The notes beneath the pieces are model-generated. The model saw only the letters and a list, made by a program, of their open reading frames with translations, was not told where the DNA came from and did not search any database. This document shows positions 11,458 through 33,015 of a stretch of DNA of 64,000 nucleotides, piece by piece. A program made the position numbers and the translations under genes. How positions within the stretch are numbered: position 1 is the stretch's first letter; each line of letters begins with the position of its first letter. The stretch covers positions 5,270,001-5,334,000 of the forward strand of contig NC_043013.1 in the NCBI RefSeq assembly GCF_006345805.1, in the 5' to 3' direction. The DNA is from Octopus sinensis. Lineage: Eukaryota.

Positions 11458-14400
11458 CATCATCATCATCATCATCATCATCATTTAACGTCCGCTTTCC
11501 ATGCTAGCATGGGTTGGACGGTTCAACTGGGGTCTGGGGAGCCCGAAGGCTGCACCAGGCCAGTCAGATCTGGCAGTGCTTCTACAGCTGGATGCCCTTC
11601 CCAACGCCAACCACTCCGAGAGTGTAGTGGGTGCTTTTATGTGCCACCGACACAGGTGCCAGACGAGGCTGGCAAACGGCCACGCTCGGATGGTGTTTTT
11701 TATGTGCCACCGACACAGGTGCCAGATGAGGCTGGCAGACGGCCACGCTCGGATGGTGTTGTAGTGGGTGATTTTATGTGCCACCGACACAGGTGCCAGA
11801 CGAGGCTGACAAACGGCCACGCTCGGATGGTGTTTTTTATGTGCCACCGACACAGGTGCCAGACGAGGCTGGCAAACGGCCACGATCGGATGGTGTTTGT
11901 TACGTGCCCACAGCACGGAGGCCAGTCGATGCGGTACTGGCTACGGCCACGTTCGTATGGTTTTCTTGTGTGCCACGTGCCACCGGCACTGGTACCACAA
12001 AGATACAAATTCCATTGATGTTCATCTATTTTGATTTGTTTTGATTTTCACTTGCCTCAACAGGTCTTCACAAGTGTCACAAGAAGGAAGGTATGCACAG
12101 GTGGACTGACTACGTCCCAGGTAGGGGCCACAGGTTATGGCCTGACTAGTCTTGCCGGGTCTTCGGATGCCAGATGAGGCTGGCGAACGGCCACGATCGG
12201 ATGGTGTTTGTTACGTGCCCACAGCACGGAGGCCAGTCGGTGCGGTACTGGCTACGGCGACGTTCGGATGGTTTTCTTGTGTGCCACCGGCACTGGTACC
12301 ACAAAGATACAATTCCATTAATGTTCATCTATTTTGATTTGTTTTGATTTGATTTGATTTGATTTGTTTTGATTTCATTTTGATTTTCACTTGCCTCAAC
12401 AGGCCTTCACAAGTATCACAAGGAGGAAGGTATGCACAGGTGGACTGACTACGTCCCAGGTAGGGGCCATGGGATATGGCCTGACTAGTCTTGCCGGGTC
12501 TTCGGATGGTGTTTTTATGTGCCACCGACACAGGTGCTAGATGAGGCTGGCGAATGGCCACGATCGGGGGTCTTCGGATGGTGTTTTTATGTGCCACCGA
12601 CACAGGTGCTAGATGAGGCTGGCGAATGGCCACGATCGGATGGTGTTTGTTATGTGCCCACAGCACGATGGCCAGTCGATGCAGTACTGACTACGGCCAC
12701 GTTCGGATGGATTTCTTGTGTGCCACAGGCACTGGTACCACAAAGATACAAATTCCATTGATGTTCATCTATTTTGATTTGATTTGATTTTCACTTGCCT
12801 CAACAGGTCTTCACAAGTGTCACAAGAAGGAAGGTATGCACAGGTGGAATGACTAGTCTTGCCGGGTCTTCGGAAGGTGTTTTTATGTGCCACCGACACA
12901 GGTGCCAGATGAGGCTGGCGAACGGCCATGATCGGATGGTGTTTGTTACGTGCCCACAGCACGGAGGCCGGTCGATGCGGAACTGGCTACTGCCACGTTC
13001 GGATGGTTTTCTTGTGTGCCACCGGCACTGGTACCACAAAGTGTGTGCCACCGGCACTGGTACCACAAAGTGTGTGCCACCGGCACTGGTACCACAAAGA
13101 TACAGATTCCATTGATGTTCATCTATTTTGATTTGTTTTGATTTTCACTTGCCTCAACAGGTCTTCACAAGTGTCACAAGAAGGAAGGTATGCACAGGTG
13201 GACTGACTACGTCCCAGGTAGGTGCCATGGGTTATGGCCTGACTAGTCTTGCCGGGTCTTCGGATGGTGTTTTATGTGCCACCGACACAGGTGCTAGATG
13301 AGGCTGGCGAACGGCCACGATCGGATGGTGTTTGTCATGTGCCCACAGCACGGAGGCCAGTCGATGCGGTACTGGCTACGGCCACTTTCGGATGGTTTTC
13401 TCTTGTGTGCCACCGGCACTGGTACCACAAAGATACAAATTCCATTGATGTTCATCTATTTTGATTTGTTTTGATTTGATTTTGATTTTCACTTGCCTCA
13501 ACAGGCCTTCACAAGTATCACAAGGAGGAAGGTATGCACAGGTGGACTGACTACGTCCCAGGTAGGGGCCATGGGTTATGGCCTGACTAGTCTTGCCGGG
13601 TCTTCGGATGGTGTTTTTATGTGCCACCGACACAGGTGCTAGATGAGGCTGGCGAACGGCCACGATCGGATGGTGTTGTTATGTGCCCACAGCACGATGG
13701 CCAGTGATGCGGTACTGACTACGGCCACGTTCGGATGGATTCTTGTGTGCCACCGGCACTGGTACCACAAAGATACAAATTCCATTGATGTTCATCTATT
13801 TTGATTTGTTTTGATTTTCACTTGCCTCAACAGGTCTTCACAAGTGTCACAAGAAGGAAGGTATGTACAGGTGGACTGACTACGTCCCAGGTAGGGGCCA
13901 CAGGTTATGACCTGACTAGTCTTGCCGGGTCTTCGGATGGTGTTTTTATGTGCCACCATGTTCCCACAGCACGGAGGCCAGTCGATGCGGTACTGGCTAC
14001 GGCCACGTTCGGATGGTTTTCTTGTGTGCCACAGGCACTGGTACCACAAAGATACAAATTCCATTGATGTTCATCTATTTTGATTTGTTTTGATTGATTT
14101 CACTTGCCTCAGCAGGTCTTCACAAGTGTCACAAGAAGGAAGGTATGCACAGGTGGATCGACTACATCCCAGGTAGGGGCCACGGGATATGGCCTGACTA
14201 GTCCTGCCGGGTCCTCTCATGCACAGCACACTTCCATAGGACTCGGTCTTCAGTCATTTCCTTGGTGAGACCTAAAGTTCGAAGGTCGTGCTTCACCACC
14301 TCGTCCCAGGTTTTCCTGGGTCTACCTCTTCCACAGGTTCCCTCAACTGCTAGGGTGTAGCACTTTTGCACGCAACTATCTTCAGCCATTCTCGTTACAT

Positions 14401-17250
14401 GACCATACCAGCGCAGCCGTCTCTCTTGCACACCACAACTGACACTTCTTAGGTTCAACTTTTCTCTCAAAGTACTTACACTCTGACGATTATGAACACT
14501 GACATTACACATCCATCGGAGCATACTGGCTTCATTTCTTGCGAGCTTACGCATATCCTCAGCAGTCACGGCCCATGTTTCACTACCATGTAGCATGGCT
14601 GTACGTACACATGCATCATATAGTCTGCCTTTTACTCTGAGCGAGAGGCCTTTTGTCACCAGCAGGGGTAAGAGCTCTCCTAAACTTTGCCCAGGCTATT
14701 CTTACTCTAGCAGTTACACTTTCAGCACACCACCCCCGCTACTGACTTGGTCTCCTAGGTAGCGGAAGCTATCAACTACTTCTAGTTTGTCTCCCTGGAA
14801 CGTGGTAGAAGTTGGTCTCTGCACATTTCCAGTGTTTATTGCTCCTGAGCATCTGCCACAGACAAAAACTATTTTCTTAGTTAGCCTTCCTTTGACATTG
14901 CTGCACCTCTTATGTGTCCATAGCTTACACTTGGTGCACCTTATAGAGTTTCTACCTACACCTTTTTTACAGATCGAGCAGGGCCATCTACCTGAAGTCG
15001 TTTGTGATTGGTCCACCTTCTTACTTATTAGGACTTTGGTTTTGGCTAGGTTGATTCTAAGGCCCTTCGATTCTAATCCTTGTTTCCACACCTGAAACTT
15101 CTCCTCCAGTTCTGATAGTGACTCAGCAATTAGAGCAAGGTCATCAGCATAGAGGAGCTCCCAGGGGCATCCTGTCTTGAATTCCTCCGTTATTGCCTGG
15201 AGGACTATGATAAATAGGAGGGGACTGAGGACTGAACCTTGGTGGACCCCAACCTCTACCCGGAATTCTTCACTGTACTCGTTGCCAACCCTCACCTTAC
15301 TAGCAGCGTCTCTGTACATGGCTCGCACAGCTCTCACTAACCATTCATCTATCCCTAGTTTCCTCATTGACTACCAGATAAGGGATCGGGGGACCCTGTC
15401 AAAGGCTTTCTCCAAGTCAACAAAAGCCAGATACAAGGGCTTATCTTTGGCTAGGTATTTCTCCTGCAGCTGTCTTACCAGGAATATAGCATCAGTAGTA
15501 CTTTTCCCTGGCACGAACCCAAACTGCATATCATCTAAGCTAACTCTCTCTCTAATTAATTGGGCTATAACCCTCTCCGTAACCTTCATTACCTGATCCA
15601 GCAGCTTGATGCCCCTGTAGTTATTTGTATCTAGGGCGTCGCCTTTACCTTTGTAGCAGTTGACTATTATGCTGCTACACCAGTCATTGGGTATGACTCC
15701 TTCGTGTATCACCTGGTTTACTATACGGGTGACTAAGCTATAGCCGACACTACCAGATATTTTGAGCATCTCTGCAGTAATTCCTGATGGGCCTGGGGCT
15801 TTCCTTGTTTTCATGCTTCTAATTGCCTTATCTACTAAGGAACTGTTAACTCGGATTGCTGGTCCCTCTGTTGGGTCGACATTCGGGAGACTCTCTTTAT
15901 CCCATTCATTTTCCTCATTCAGCAACCTTTCATAGTGGCGTCTCCAAGCCTCTCTCTTTGCATCCTCATTTAGCGCAAGTGAACCGTCATCCTTGCGAAC
16001 ACATTTCTCTCCTACCACGTCACGATTCTCTCTCACACACTGTCTTGCAACACGAAATACCTCAAGTCTTTCATCCTCACGGCGCAGGACATTGGCAAAT
16101 TTTTCTTTATCTGCCTCCCTCTGGCTAGATAGACCTGTCTCCTAGCTTCCCTTCTGGCAGTCTGATACACTTCCCTGCTACCACCGTTCTTCCAGGCCTT
16201 CCAAGCCTGTTCTTTTGTCTAATAGCCCTGTCAACAATATTGTTCCACCACCACGTTATTTTGGGTCTTAAGGGGACTTTGCACCAGCCACAGATCTGGT
16301 CAGCGGCTTTCAGCAGGTTGTCCCTCAGAAACGTCCAGTTGTCTTCTACCCCATGCATAGCTATACCCCCTTCCACTTCGTCAAAGGCTTCAAGTAACAT
16401 ATCTCTAAATCTCTGTCCATTCGCAGGGTCTTTTAGCTTCCAGACCCTTCTTCTCCATGTTGGTCGTCTTCTAGTCGCCCTCTTAGTCCTGATCCTAAAG
16501 TCACTAACTACCAGTCTATGTTGTGGGGTGCATTCTTCGCCTGGGAAGGTTTTGGCATTTATAAGCAGCCATCTTTCCCTTTTTCTGGCAAGGATGTAGT
16601 CAATCTGGCTGGTGTGTCTGCCAGAACGGTAGGTGACTAGGTGAGAGGTGGGTTTCCTGAAGTTGGTATTGCAGACCATAAGGTCATTTGCATCGCAGAA
16701 CTCCAGCAGCCTGGTTCCCTTCTCGTTGCGGGAACCATAACCGTAGCCTCCATGTACGCCATGGAAGCCCCCAGCATGTCGTCCAACATGCCCATTGAAA
16801 TCACCAGCACAAAGAGAAGGTCCCTGTCGTTCGTCAATGAGGTGGTCTGCAGTAGGGTGTCATAGAAACTGTCTTTCTGTCCATCGGGTAGCCCTGGCTG
16901 AGGGGCATAGGCCGATATAATGGTTGCTAATCTATTATGAAGCACTATTCTAATCTTAAGTATTCTGTCACTTACTCTGATTACCTCAATTACTCTATCT
17001 ACCCATTCTCAGCGATAAGTATACCCACGCCACCGACCCCGTCAGTGTTCCCTGCCCAGAAAATCTTGTACCTGTGTTCCTTGCCTGTGAGGAACCTAGC
17101 AGATCCTCCTCTCCACCTTATTTCTTGCATGCAACATACATCAACCCATCTCCATTCAAGCATCTCAACTATCTCGCCAGATCTACCTTTCAGTGTCCCA
17201 ACGTTGAGGGTGCCCACCCTGAAAGAGTGGAAGGTATGGACCCGAGAGGA
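11458..17250 (-). mobile_element. Near-full-length, inactivated RTE-clade LINE (APE endonuclease plus RT) with long repetitive 3' region
   Basis: Six ORF pieces 17217-14198: GTLNVGTL..QE.RW, SAYAPQ, QIDYIL..., GKGDALDTNNYRGIKLL, QFGFVPGKST, FVDLEKAFDRV, GVHQGSVLSPLLF, LLYADDL, RLRWYGHV, RGRPRKTW; frameshifts and an in-frame TAG near 15371; (GAT)n tail at 11458-11484; no clear TSD. Confidence 0.92.
11640..14200 (-). repeat. Tandem array of about 335-bp units, each containing the RTE ORF end, stop and (AAATC)n
   Basis: Marker GATACA(A/G)AT at 12002, 12306, 12745, 13099, 13432, 13772, 14051 (spacings 304, 439, 354, 333, 340, 279). Confidence 0.9.
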
Positions 17251-17307
17251 TAAAATCTGTTTCTACTGACGGGGTAGAATTTAACTTCACCATCTGCTTT
17301 GAATTAA

Positions 17308-17360
17308 GCATTACTGATGAGCATTAAATTTTATGTGAAGCTGGCATGCCAGTCTAATGC
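17308..17360 (+). ncRNA. Type I hammerhead ribozyme motif, family F4 (degenerate)
   Basis: GCATTA-CTGATGA-GCAT(TAAATTTT)ATGT-GAAG-CTGGCATGCCAG-TC/TAATGC; stems I-III all pair; GAAA altered to GAAG. Confidence 0.75.
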
Positions 17361-17884
17361 CTTTCAGTTGTGTGGGGAGGTTGTCTCCCCTATCAGTAAA
17401 TAAAAAGTGTGCTTTTTGGCTCTTAAATCTTTAAATATAATTCTTTCTATTATAGACAAAAGGCCTGAAATTTGAAGGGATGGGGATGGGTCAGTCACGT
17501 CAACCCCAGTACTTGACTGGTAATTAATTTATTGACCTCAAAAGGATGAAAGGCAAAGTCAACCTCGGCAGAATTTGAACTCGGAACATAGTGACTGGCA
17601 AAATACCACTAAGCATTTCATCTAGTATGCTAACAATTCTGCCAGCTCACTGCCTTAAATCTTTAAATATATATTTTTTAAATTTTAACTATTCTCAGTG
17701 CATTTTCAACTTCTATTTTTTCTATATTTCTACCTGTGTGGAATAAAATAACTTAGTTTTATATATATATATATATATATTTATAAAAATGGTAAGATAA
17801 CAAAAGAAAGAAAGAGACCTCGATATTATGTAAATAGAGGAAATTATCTGTAAATGTAATATGTGACAATTATTCGGTAGCCAA

Positions 17885-17945
17885 AATAAAACTCCGAGTT
17901 TCGGATGCCGAGGTGGAAATTCACACCGCCATCTCTTCAGTTATC
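17885..17945 (-). ncRNA. Type I hammerhead ribozyme motif, family F2, left arm
   Basis: Reverse complement reads GATAA-CTGAAGA-GATG...CATC-C-GAAA-CTCGGA-GTT/TTATT. Confidence 0.7.
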
Positions 17946-17983
17946 CGTCCAAGTGATTTTTCATAGCGTTTTTCCGATGGCTG

Positions 17984-18044
17984 GATAACTGAAGAGATGG
18001 CTGCATGAATTTCCACCTCGGCATCCGAAACTTGGAGTTTTATC
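17984..18044 (+). ncRNA. Type I hammerhead ribozyme motif, family F2, right arm
   Basis: GATAA-CTGAAGA-GATG...CATC-C-GAAA-CTTGGA-GTT/TTATC; stem I GATAA/TTATC. Confidence 0.7.
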
Positions 18045-18093
18045 TTGGCTATCGAATAATTGTCACATATTATACATTTACAGATATATATAT

Positions 18094-19010
18094 TGATATG
18101 GAGGTCAGTTGAAAAAAAAAGTGCTATGACCTAGTTTTGTGGTTTGGTGCCAGCTGGACTAGGGCGACAGGATATTTTGGCTTTGTTCTGTCATTTTTGT
18201 AGGGAAATTAATGAGTTGGAAGAGACATCTGACCTTATCCGGTCAAGCAAAGTTTAAGGAAAAAAATGAAAATGCGGGAGCTGGGGGTTTGTTAGTCAGT
18301 TGGCATGAGGGTTGATGCAGAGATGACAGTTGGCAAGAGGCGAGAGGGACAGGCAGATAGTATTGAGGACATGTAAAGCGAAAGGGAGATTACGGCGAGA
18401 AGGTTGGATTGCTGTAGTAGGAGATTGTAACTAGAAAATGTTTGTTTGTTTTTGTTGTTGACTTTTGATGTGAAATGTAAAAGAAACGAGATGATGACGT
18501 AAACTGTAATCTGTTGTAAAAAGAAGAAAAAGAATTGTGTCAAAAAAAGAGAAGGAAAAGAGGAAGAAAAGAAGGGAAAAGAACATTGTGAATTGTGTTA
18601 AAGAAAGAAAGAGAAAGACTTTAATGTTGAACTGTTTCGAACTCTGTATTGCGTTGAACATTGATGTTTTGATTGTCTTCGGACTGTGTTGTATCGTGCA
18701 TGCCTTTGATTGTTGTTTTTCTTTTTAATTCTGTTGCATGTTATTTTCTTTAATGTATCTGCTATGTATCACATTTTATTTGATGTTGTAATAATTGTTA
18801 TAAACTGTTGTTAAATGTAAGCAAATTGCCTTCCGCCGTGTCTCTCTTCCTCCTCCTGTTGTTGTTGTTATCTCCGGTTGCCGGTTTGAGTTCGCTGCCA
18901 CTCCCACCACCGTTTTCTGTGGCGGATTCCGTTTGACTGAGCCTGGTCATCGTCGTCGCTCAACTTAGTAGGGTCCCAGGTTCGAGTTGAGCGACGGCAG
19001 GTTCGTAACA
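18094..19010. mobile_element. Solo LTR-like element (917 bp, TG...CA) inserted in (TA)n
   Basis: TG at 18094, CA at 19009-19010, ATAT on both flanks; non-coding; 12-bp hairpin 18954-18996. Confidence 0.55.
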
Positions 19011-19675
19011 ATATATATATATATAACAGAGTGGTTACCAGAATGTAACAGCTGTTATCTATGTTGTAAGTGAAGATGATGAGGTTGACTTCAGGAAAGA
19101 CATTAGCTGAAGTTGTAGATAACATATTTATTTCTCCATTACATATAATCATTTCCTAACCACAACGGGTAGGTGTGTATAAAATAAATCAGTCGAAAAA
19201 CATACCAGGTAAAAGAGAACTGTATTTTCCTGTATGAGAGTGTATGATCTTAAGTTGACATATTCTTGTCATTCTAGCAGCAGGAAAGAGATAGACAGAG
19301 TGATGTTAGTTAGAATGGCACTAGTGAACAAGTGAGAGACAGGAGAGGGAAGTTGTATGGTGAAGCACCATAGCTGCTGGTTGCCATGCAGGATTGCTTC
19401 TTCTCTTCCTCTGTCTGCCTCTGTCTGGTCTGATTAGTGACTAGTCACTTGTGGGGTGATTTATTTAATTTATTTAAGCTCTTTGTAGCCCCTAAGTGTT
19501 ATTGGTCAAGAGGAAAACATGTCAATCAAAGGTATGAAGCAATGTTGTTCCTCAACAGAACAATAAGGCTGTATATCTAGGGGGAAATGTACCAATTCAG
19601 TTTCAAACCTCAGGTAGGGCCAAGTGAGGTATCTACATATATATACTTTATTAATAAAGCTACAAAGACATCACA

Positions 19676-19721
19676 AAAACTGTTACATAGAGTTTCACGT
19701 TCCCATTCATCAAACAATTTT
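19676..19721 (-). ncRNA. Type I hammerhead ribozyme motif, family F3, left arm (degenerate)
   Basis: Reverse complement: AAAATTGT-TTGATGA-ATG(GGAA)CGT-GAAA-CTCTAT-GTA/ACAGTTTT. Confidence 0.6.
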
Positions 19722-19731
19722 GATTTAAACC

Positions 19732-19777
19732 AAAACTATCTGACTAACAGGAACATGAAACTCTAAGCAACAATTTT
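19732..19777 (+). ncRNA. Type I hammerhead ribozyme motif, family F3, right arm (degenerate)
   Basis: AAAACTAT-CTGACTA-ACA(GGAA)CAT-GAAA-CTCTAA-GCA/ACAATTTT; lesions complement those of the left arm. Confidence 0.55.
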
Positions 19778-21541
19778 TGTGATATTGTTGCAGCTTTATT
19801 AATAAAGCATATTACTCTACCTCTGGTATTTGAGCACTATTTTTTCCACCTTGTTTCACATTTATGTGCTTACTTTGGTATACACACACACACACACATA
19901 TAGATATTATATCAAAAGGATATGCTGTAACACTATTACACATATACAAAAACAGGCATACTCCAACATACCTCCATCATCAGCTGCCCCACGGATATCA
20001 TTATGGTTTTGACACCTGGGCAGTACCGCTCAATCCAGCAGTGTCAACAGCACTAAAATGTTTTGTTGGGAAACAAACATACGAGAGAAACCACAACATT
20101 CAAACACATTTACCCTATGTACAACAGTATCGGTAAATAAATCAGTAACCAACTCCTAATATATACCTATATATAGGTATATGTGTGTGTTTTACTGTCT
20201 CTCCGCCTTCACAGAACATGACAGTTGTGACTGTTTGTCACCATCGTTAAAATAGTGTCCCCTGTTTCCAATCTTCCATGAAAACATGTCTTGTGACAGA
20301 GTGACAGGAAGGCCATCCAGCTGTAGAAAATCTACCTCAACAGAACCCAGAACCACATGGTTGGCAAGCAAACTTCTTACCACACAGCCGGCACCTATCA
20401 GAGTTTAATTTTCTTTTAGACATATTTTAAAACCTGACCAACCCCAGTTTTAAAACTGGAGCGTATCATTGACAAAAGTTGCATCAACTGTCTTGGTAGT
20501 GGTTTTTGTAAATAACTATTTATTTACCTTTTAACTTTATAAATTGGTTTCAAATTTTAGCACATGGCCAGTAAGCTTGGGGTTGGGGCAGAGTTCAGTG
20601 GATAAGTCATTGGCATCAATATCAGTCCTCAAGTGGTACTTATTTCATCGACCCCAGGAGGATGAAAGGCAAAGTGGACTTTAGTGAAATCTTGAACTCA
20701 GAACATAAGACAGATAAAATGTCATTATACGTTTTGCTCACTGTACTAACAATTTGGCCAACTCATCATCTTAATTTCTATCATTATATATTAAGGTATA
20801 TCTATAGCTATTTTTTTTTTATATCTTTATAAACACTTGTTTCTTTCATTTGACTGTGGCCATGCTGGGGCACCATCCTGAGGGATTCAATGAAGCAAAC
20901 TGACCCTAATTCTAATTTGTTTTTGTTTTGTTTTTCTAAGTCTGGTCCTTTTTCTATGGCTGTTGTCAATGAAGTGCCAAGTTACAAGGACAGAAACAAC
21001 CGACACCTGTTGTGAAGCAGATGGGGGTGGATGACACAGAAACAAACACATATATGACAGGCTTCCTTCAGTTTCCACCTACAAAAATTTCTTAAAGGTT
21101 TTGGTTGACCCCCGGGCTACAGCAGAAAAACTTTCCCAAGGTGTCATACAGTAGGATTGAACCTGAAGCCATGTGGTTAGGAAGTGAATTTTTTTAACCA
21201 CACACCCTGCCTATGGCACATTTTATTTTTCTAATGAAGGACTTTCCCTCCCTCCCCTCTCAACCCACACCTATTTTTGTTCAGGTTTTGGTTTTAACAC
21301 GTTTTTAACGAGCTTTCAATAGCTTTCGTGTCAAGGGAGGTAAGTGTGAGAGGCCAGTTGACAAGCGATTTTCGATCAAATACGACATCATCACAGCTAG
21401 GTTTGTTATCAAATGGATGTGCTCTGCTTAACGTATTAGGCTCATAGCAAGACTCTTAGGATCCCGGAGAGGAGCCAGGAGATTCTGTGAAAAGTTCTTC
21501 ACTACAAGACGCTATTGGTCTAATTTTAATATTAGGTCCCT

Positions 21542-21707
21542 AAAGGGTAACAAGTTGGCAAAATCGTTAGCACATTGGTCAAAATGCTTGGCGACGTTTA
21601 ATCTGTCTTTATGTTCTGAGTTCAAATTACGCCGATCTTTTCCGGGTCGAAATAATCAACTTAATCCTTCATCCCAAGTTGCTGGCTTTGTGCCTAAATT
21701 TGAAACC
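21542..21707 (+). mobile_element. Short SINE copy (GCTGGCAGAATCGTTAGC family) with 14-bp flanking direct repeat
   Basis: AATATTAGGTCCCT at 21528-21541 and 21708-21721. Confidence 0.7.
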
Positions 21708-23671
21708 AATATTAGGTCCCTGCTCGTGGATCTTGTTGAGATGGTAGAACACAAGACGTCTGCTGGTGTGTGTCAATGTCGGTCGCCAACAACCTGACTA
21801 TATACAGGTGGTACTGACTTACAGAATTATCAGACCTCAAACCTAATATGTCAGATGAGAATTCTGATAACCAGAGGCCTACTATTGGTAACTACACCAA
21901 CCAGTACGACAAGAAAATTCCATCATTTTGAAATTTAATCGTGATTTTTGTTGAAAATGAATACAGGTGATTACCCGAAGAGAGGAGATATCATCGTCAA
22001 CCCCCTGCGACTGTTCTTTCAGAGTCACTTTCAGTGGCCTCAGTGCCACGGGATTTGCCTATCTCGCATCGGTTATGTCAGCCACAGCTGGGATGGAAGC
22101 ACTCCGTCGGTTACGACGACGAGGTTTCCGGTTGATCCGAATCAACGGAACAGCCTGCTCATGAAATTAACGTGTAAGTGGCCGAGCACTCCACAGACAC
22201 GTGTACCCTTAACGTCGTTCTCGGGGGATATTCAGCGTGACATAGAGAGTGACAAGGCCGGCCCTTTGAAATACAGGTACATGAGAAACAGGAAGTAAGA
22301 GTTAGAGAAAGTTGTGGTGAAAGAGCGCAGCAGGGATCACCACCATCCCCTGCCGGAGCCTCGTGGAGCTTTAGGTGTTTTCGCTCAATAAACACTTCCA
22401 ACGCCCGGTCTGGGAATCGAAATCGCGTTCCTATGACCGCGAGTCCGCTGCCCTAACCACTGGGCCTCCACCAGCCACCGCTATTACCATGAGAAGCAAT
22501 GTGCTGGAGGCGGAGAGGATGAATGTCTTGGATCAATGCTGTCATCACTTTTAATGGGCTGTCATAAGCTAAGTACGCAGTGAATATTATACTAACCACG
22601 TAGACTACTGGGATAATTCCTAACGTTTTAACTTACCCTTGATTGCTCATAAAGCACTTAGTATGTTTCAAGACAGACATACTCAAACATGTCACTCAAG
22701 CATCACACACGGAGCTCCATGTCTTCCGATTAACAGCCAAGAGCAACAATCGATCGGGAGGGACACCGCATAAAATGAGAGACCACTTGAGATAACTCAG
22801 ATATCTTACAAAGAAAAAAAAGTGAAAATTCTTCGTCTGGTACTATGGTAAGAAGGTTGCTTTCCAATCACACGGTTCCGTTTTTAATCACACACCATGG
22901 CACTTTGGGCAACTGTCTTTTACTATAGCCCCAGGCCAGCTGGAGCTTTGTGAATGGAAGCTTATATATATATATATATATATATATATTCTTTAATTTT
23001 TTCTTGTTTCAATCATTAGACTACAGCCATGCTGACGCACCACTTTGAAGTATTTCTGTCCAATGAACCGACACCAGTACTTTCTTTAAAGCCCGGTATT
23101 TATTCTATCGGTATCTTTTGCCGAACTGCTACGTTACGAGGACGTAAACACACCAACATCGCTTGTCAAGCGGACAAACACAGAGTTAAGAGTTACGCCG
23201 AAAACGGGTGGTGTGCGTATTCGTTACCTCCGCCTACACATATATACGACGTGCTTCTTCCAGTTTCCGTTTACCAAATCCATTCACATTGCAGAAGACA
23301 GTTACCCAAGGTGTCACCCCAGGGGACTGCACCCGGTACTTTGTTGTTGGGAAGCAAATTTCTTGCCGCACATTCACGCCTGCTTCTGTGTATATATATA
23401 TATGTGTGTGTGTGTGTGTTCACTATCACTTAACCGGTGCTAGTTTGTTTATGTCCCCCCTAACTTAGCAGTTCAGTAGAATAAGTACAAGAAGTAGGGA
23501 GAAAGATAAGTACTGGCGTCGATTCATTCAACTAGAAGCATACCAAGTGGTGCCCCAGAATGGCCGCAGTTCAATGACTGAACCAAATAAAAAGACAGTT
23601 GGGATGGAAACGGTTTATTTATACTACACCGGATATGACGATTTTAAACTTCCGACTTCGAATATAGTTTT

Positions 23672-23700
23672 ACGCATGCGTCAGAAGTTCTGCCTTTCCT
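23672..23700 (+). promoter_or_regulatory. RPS15: RPS15 core promoter: TCT/5'-TOP initiator and upstream palindrome
   Basis: CCTTTCC at 23693-23699 matches YC(+1)TYTYY, 23 nt before the ATG; palindrome ACGCATGCGT at 23672-23681 (NRF1-like, inference). Confidence 0.7.
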
Positions 23701-23716
23701 GTCAGAATCAGCCATC

Positions 23717-33015
<9,299 letters not shown>

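Noticed and set aside
11640-14200. Repeat-spacer appearance suggesting a CRISPR array
   Set aside because: Eukaryotic context; units are 280-440 bp and homologous along their whole length, with no unique spacers and no cas genes.
21285-21790. About 125-codon minus-strand frame with one stop, split by a SINE, plus a possible donor at 22636 as a divergent RPS15 partner gene
   Set aside because: In-frame stop, SINE insertion, incompatible splice phases and no recognisable protein.
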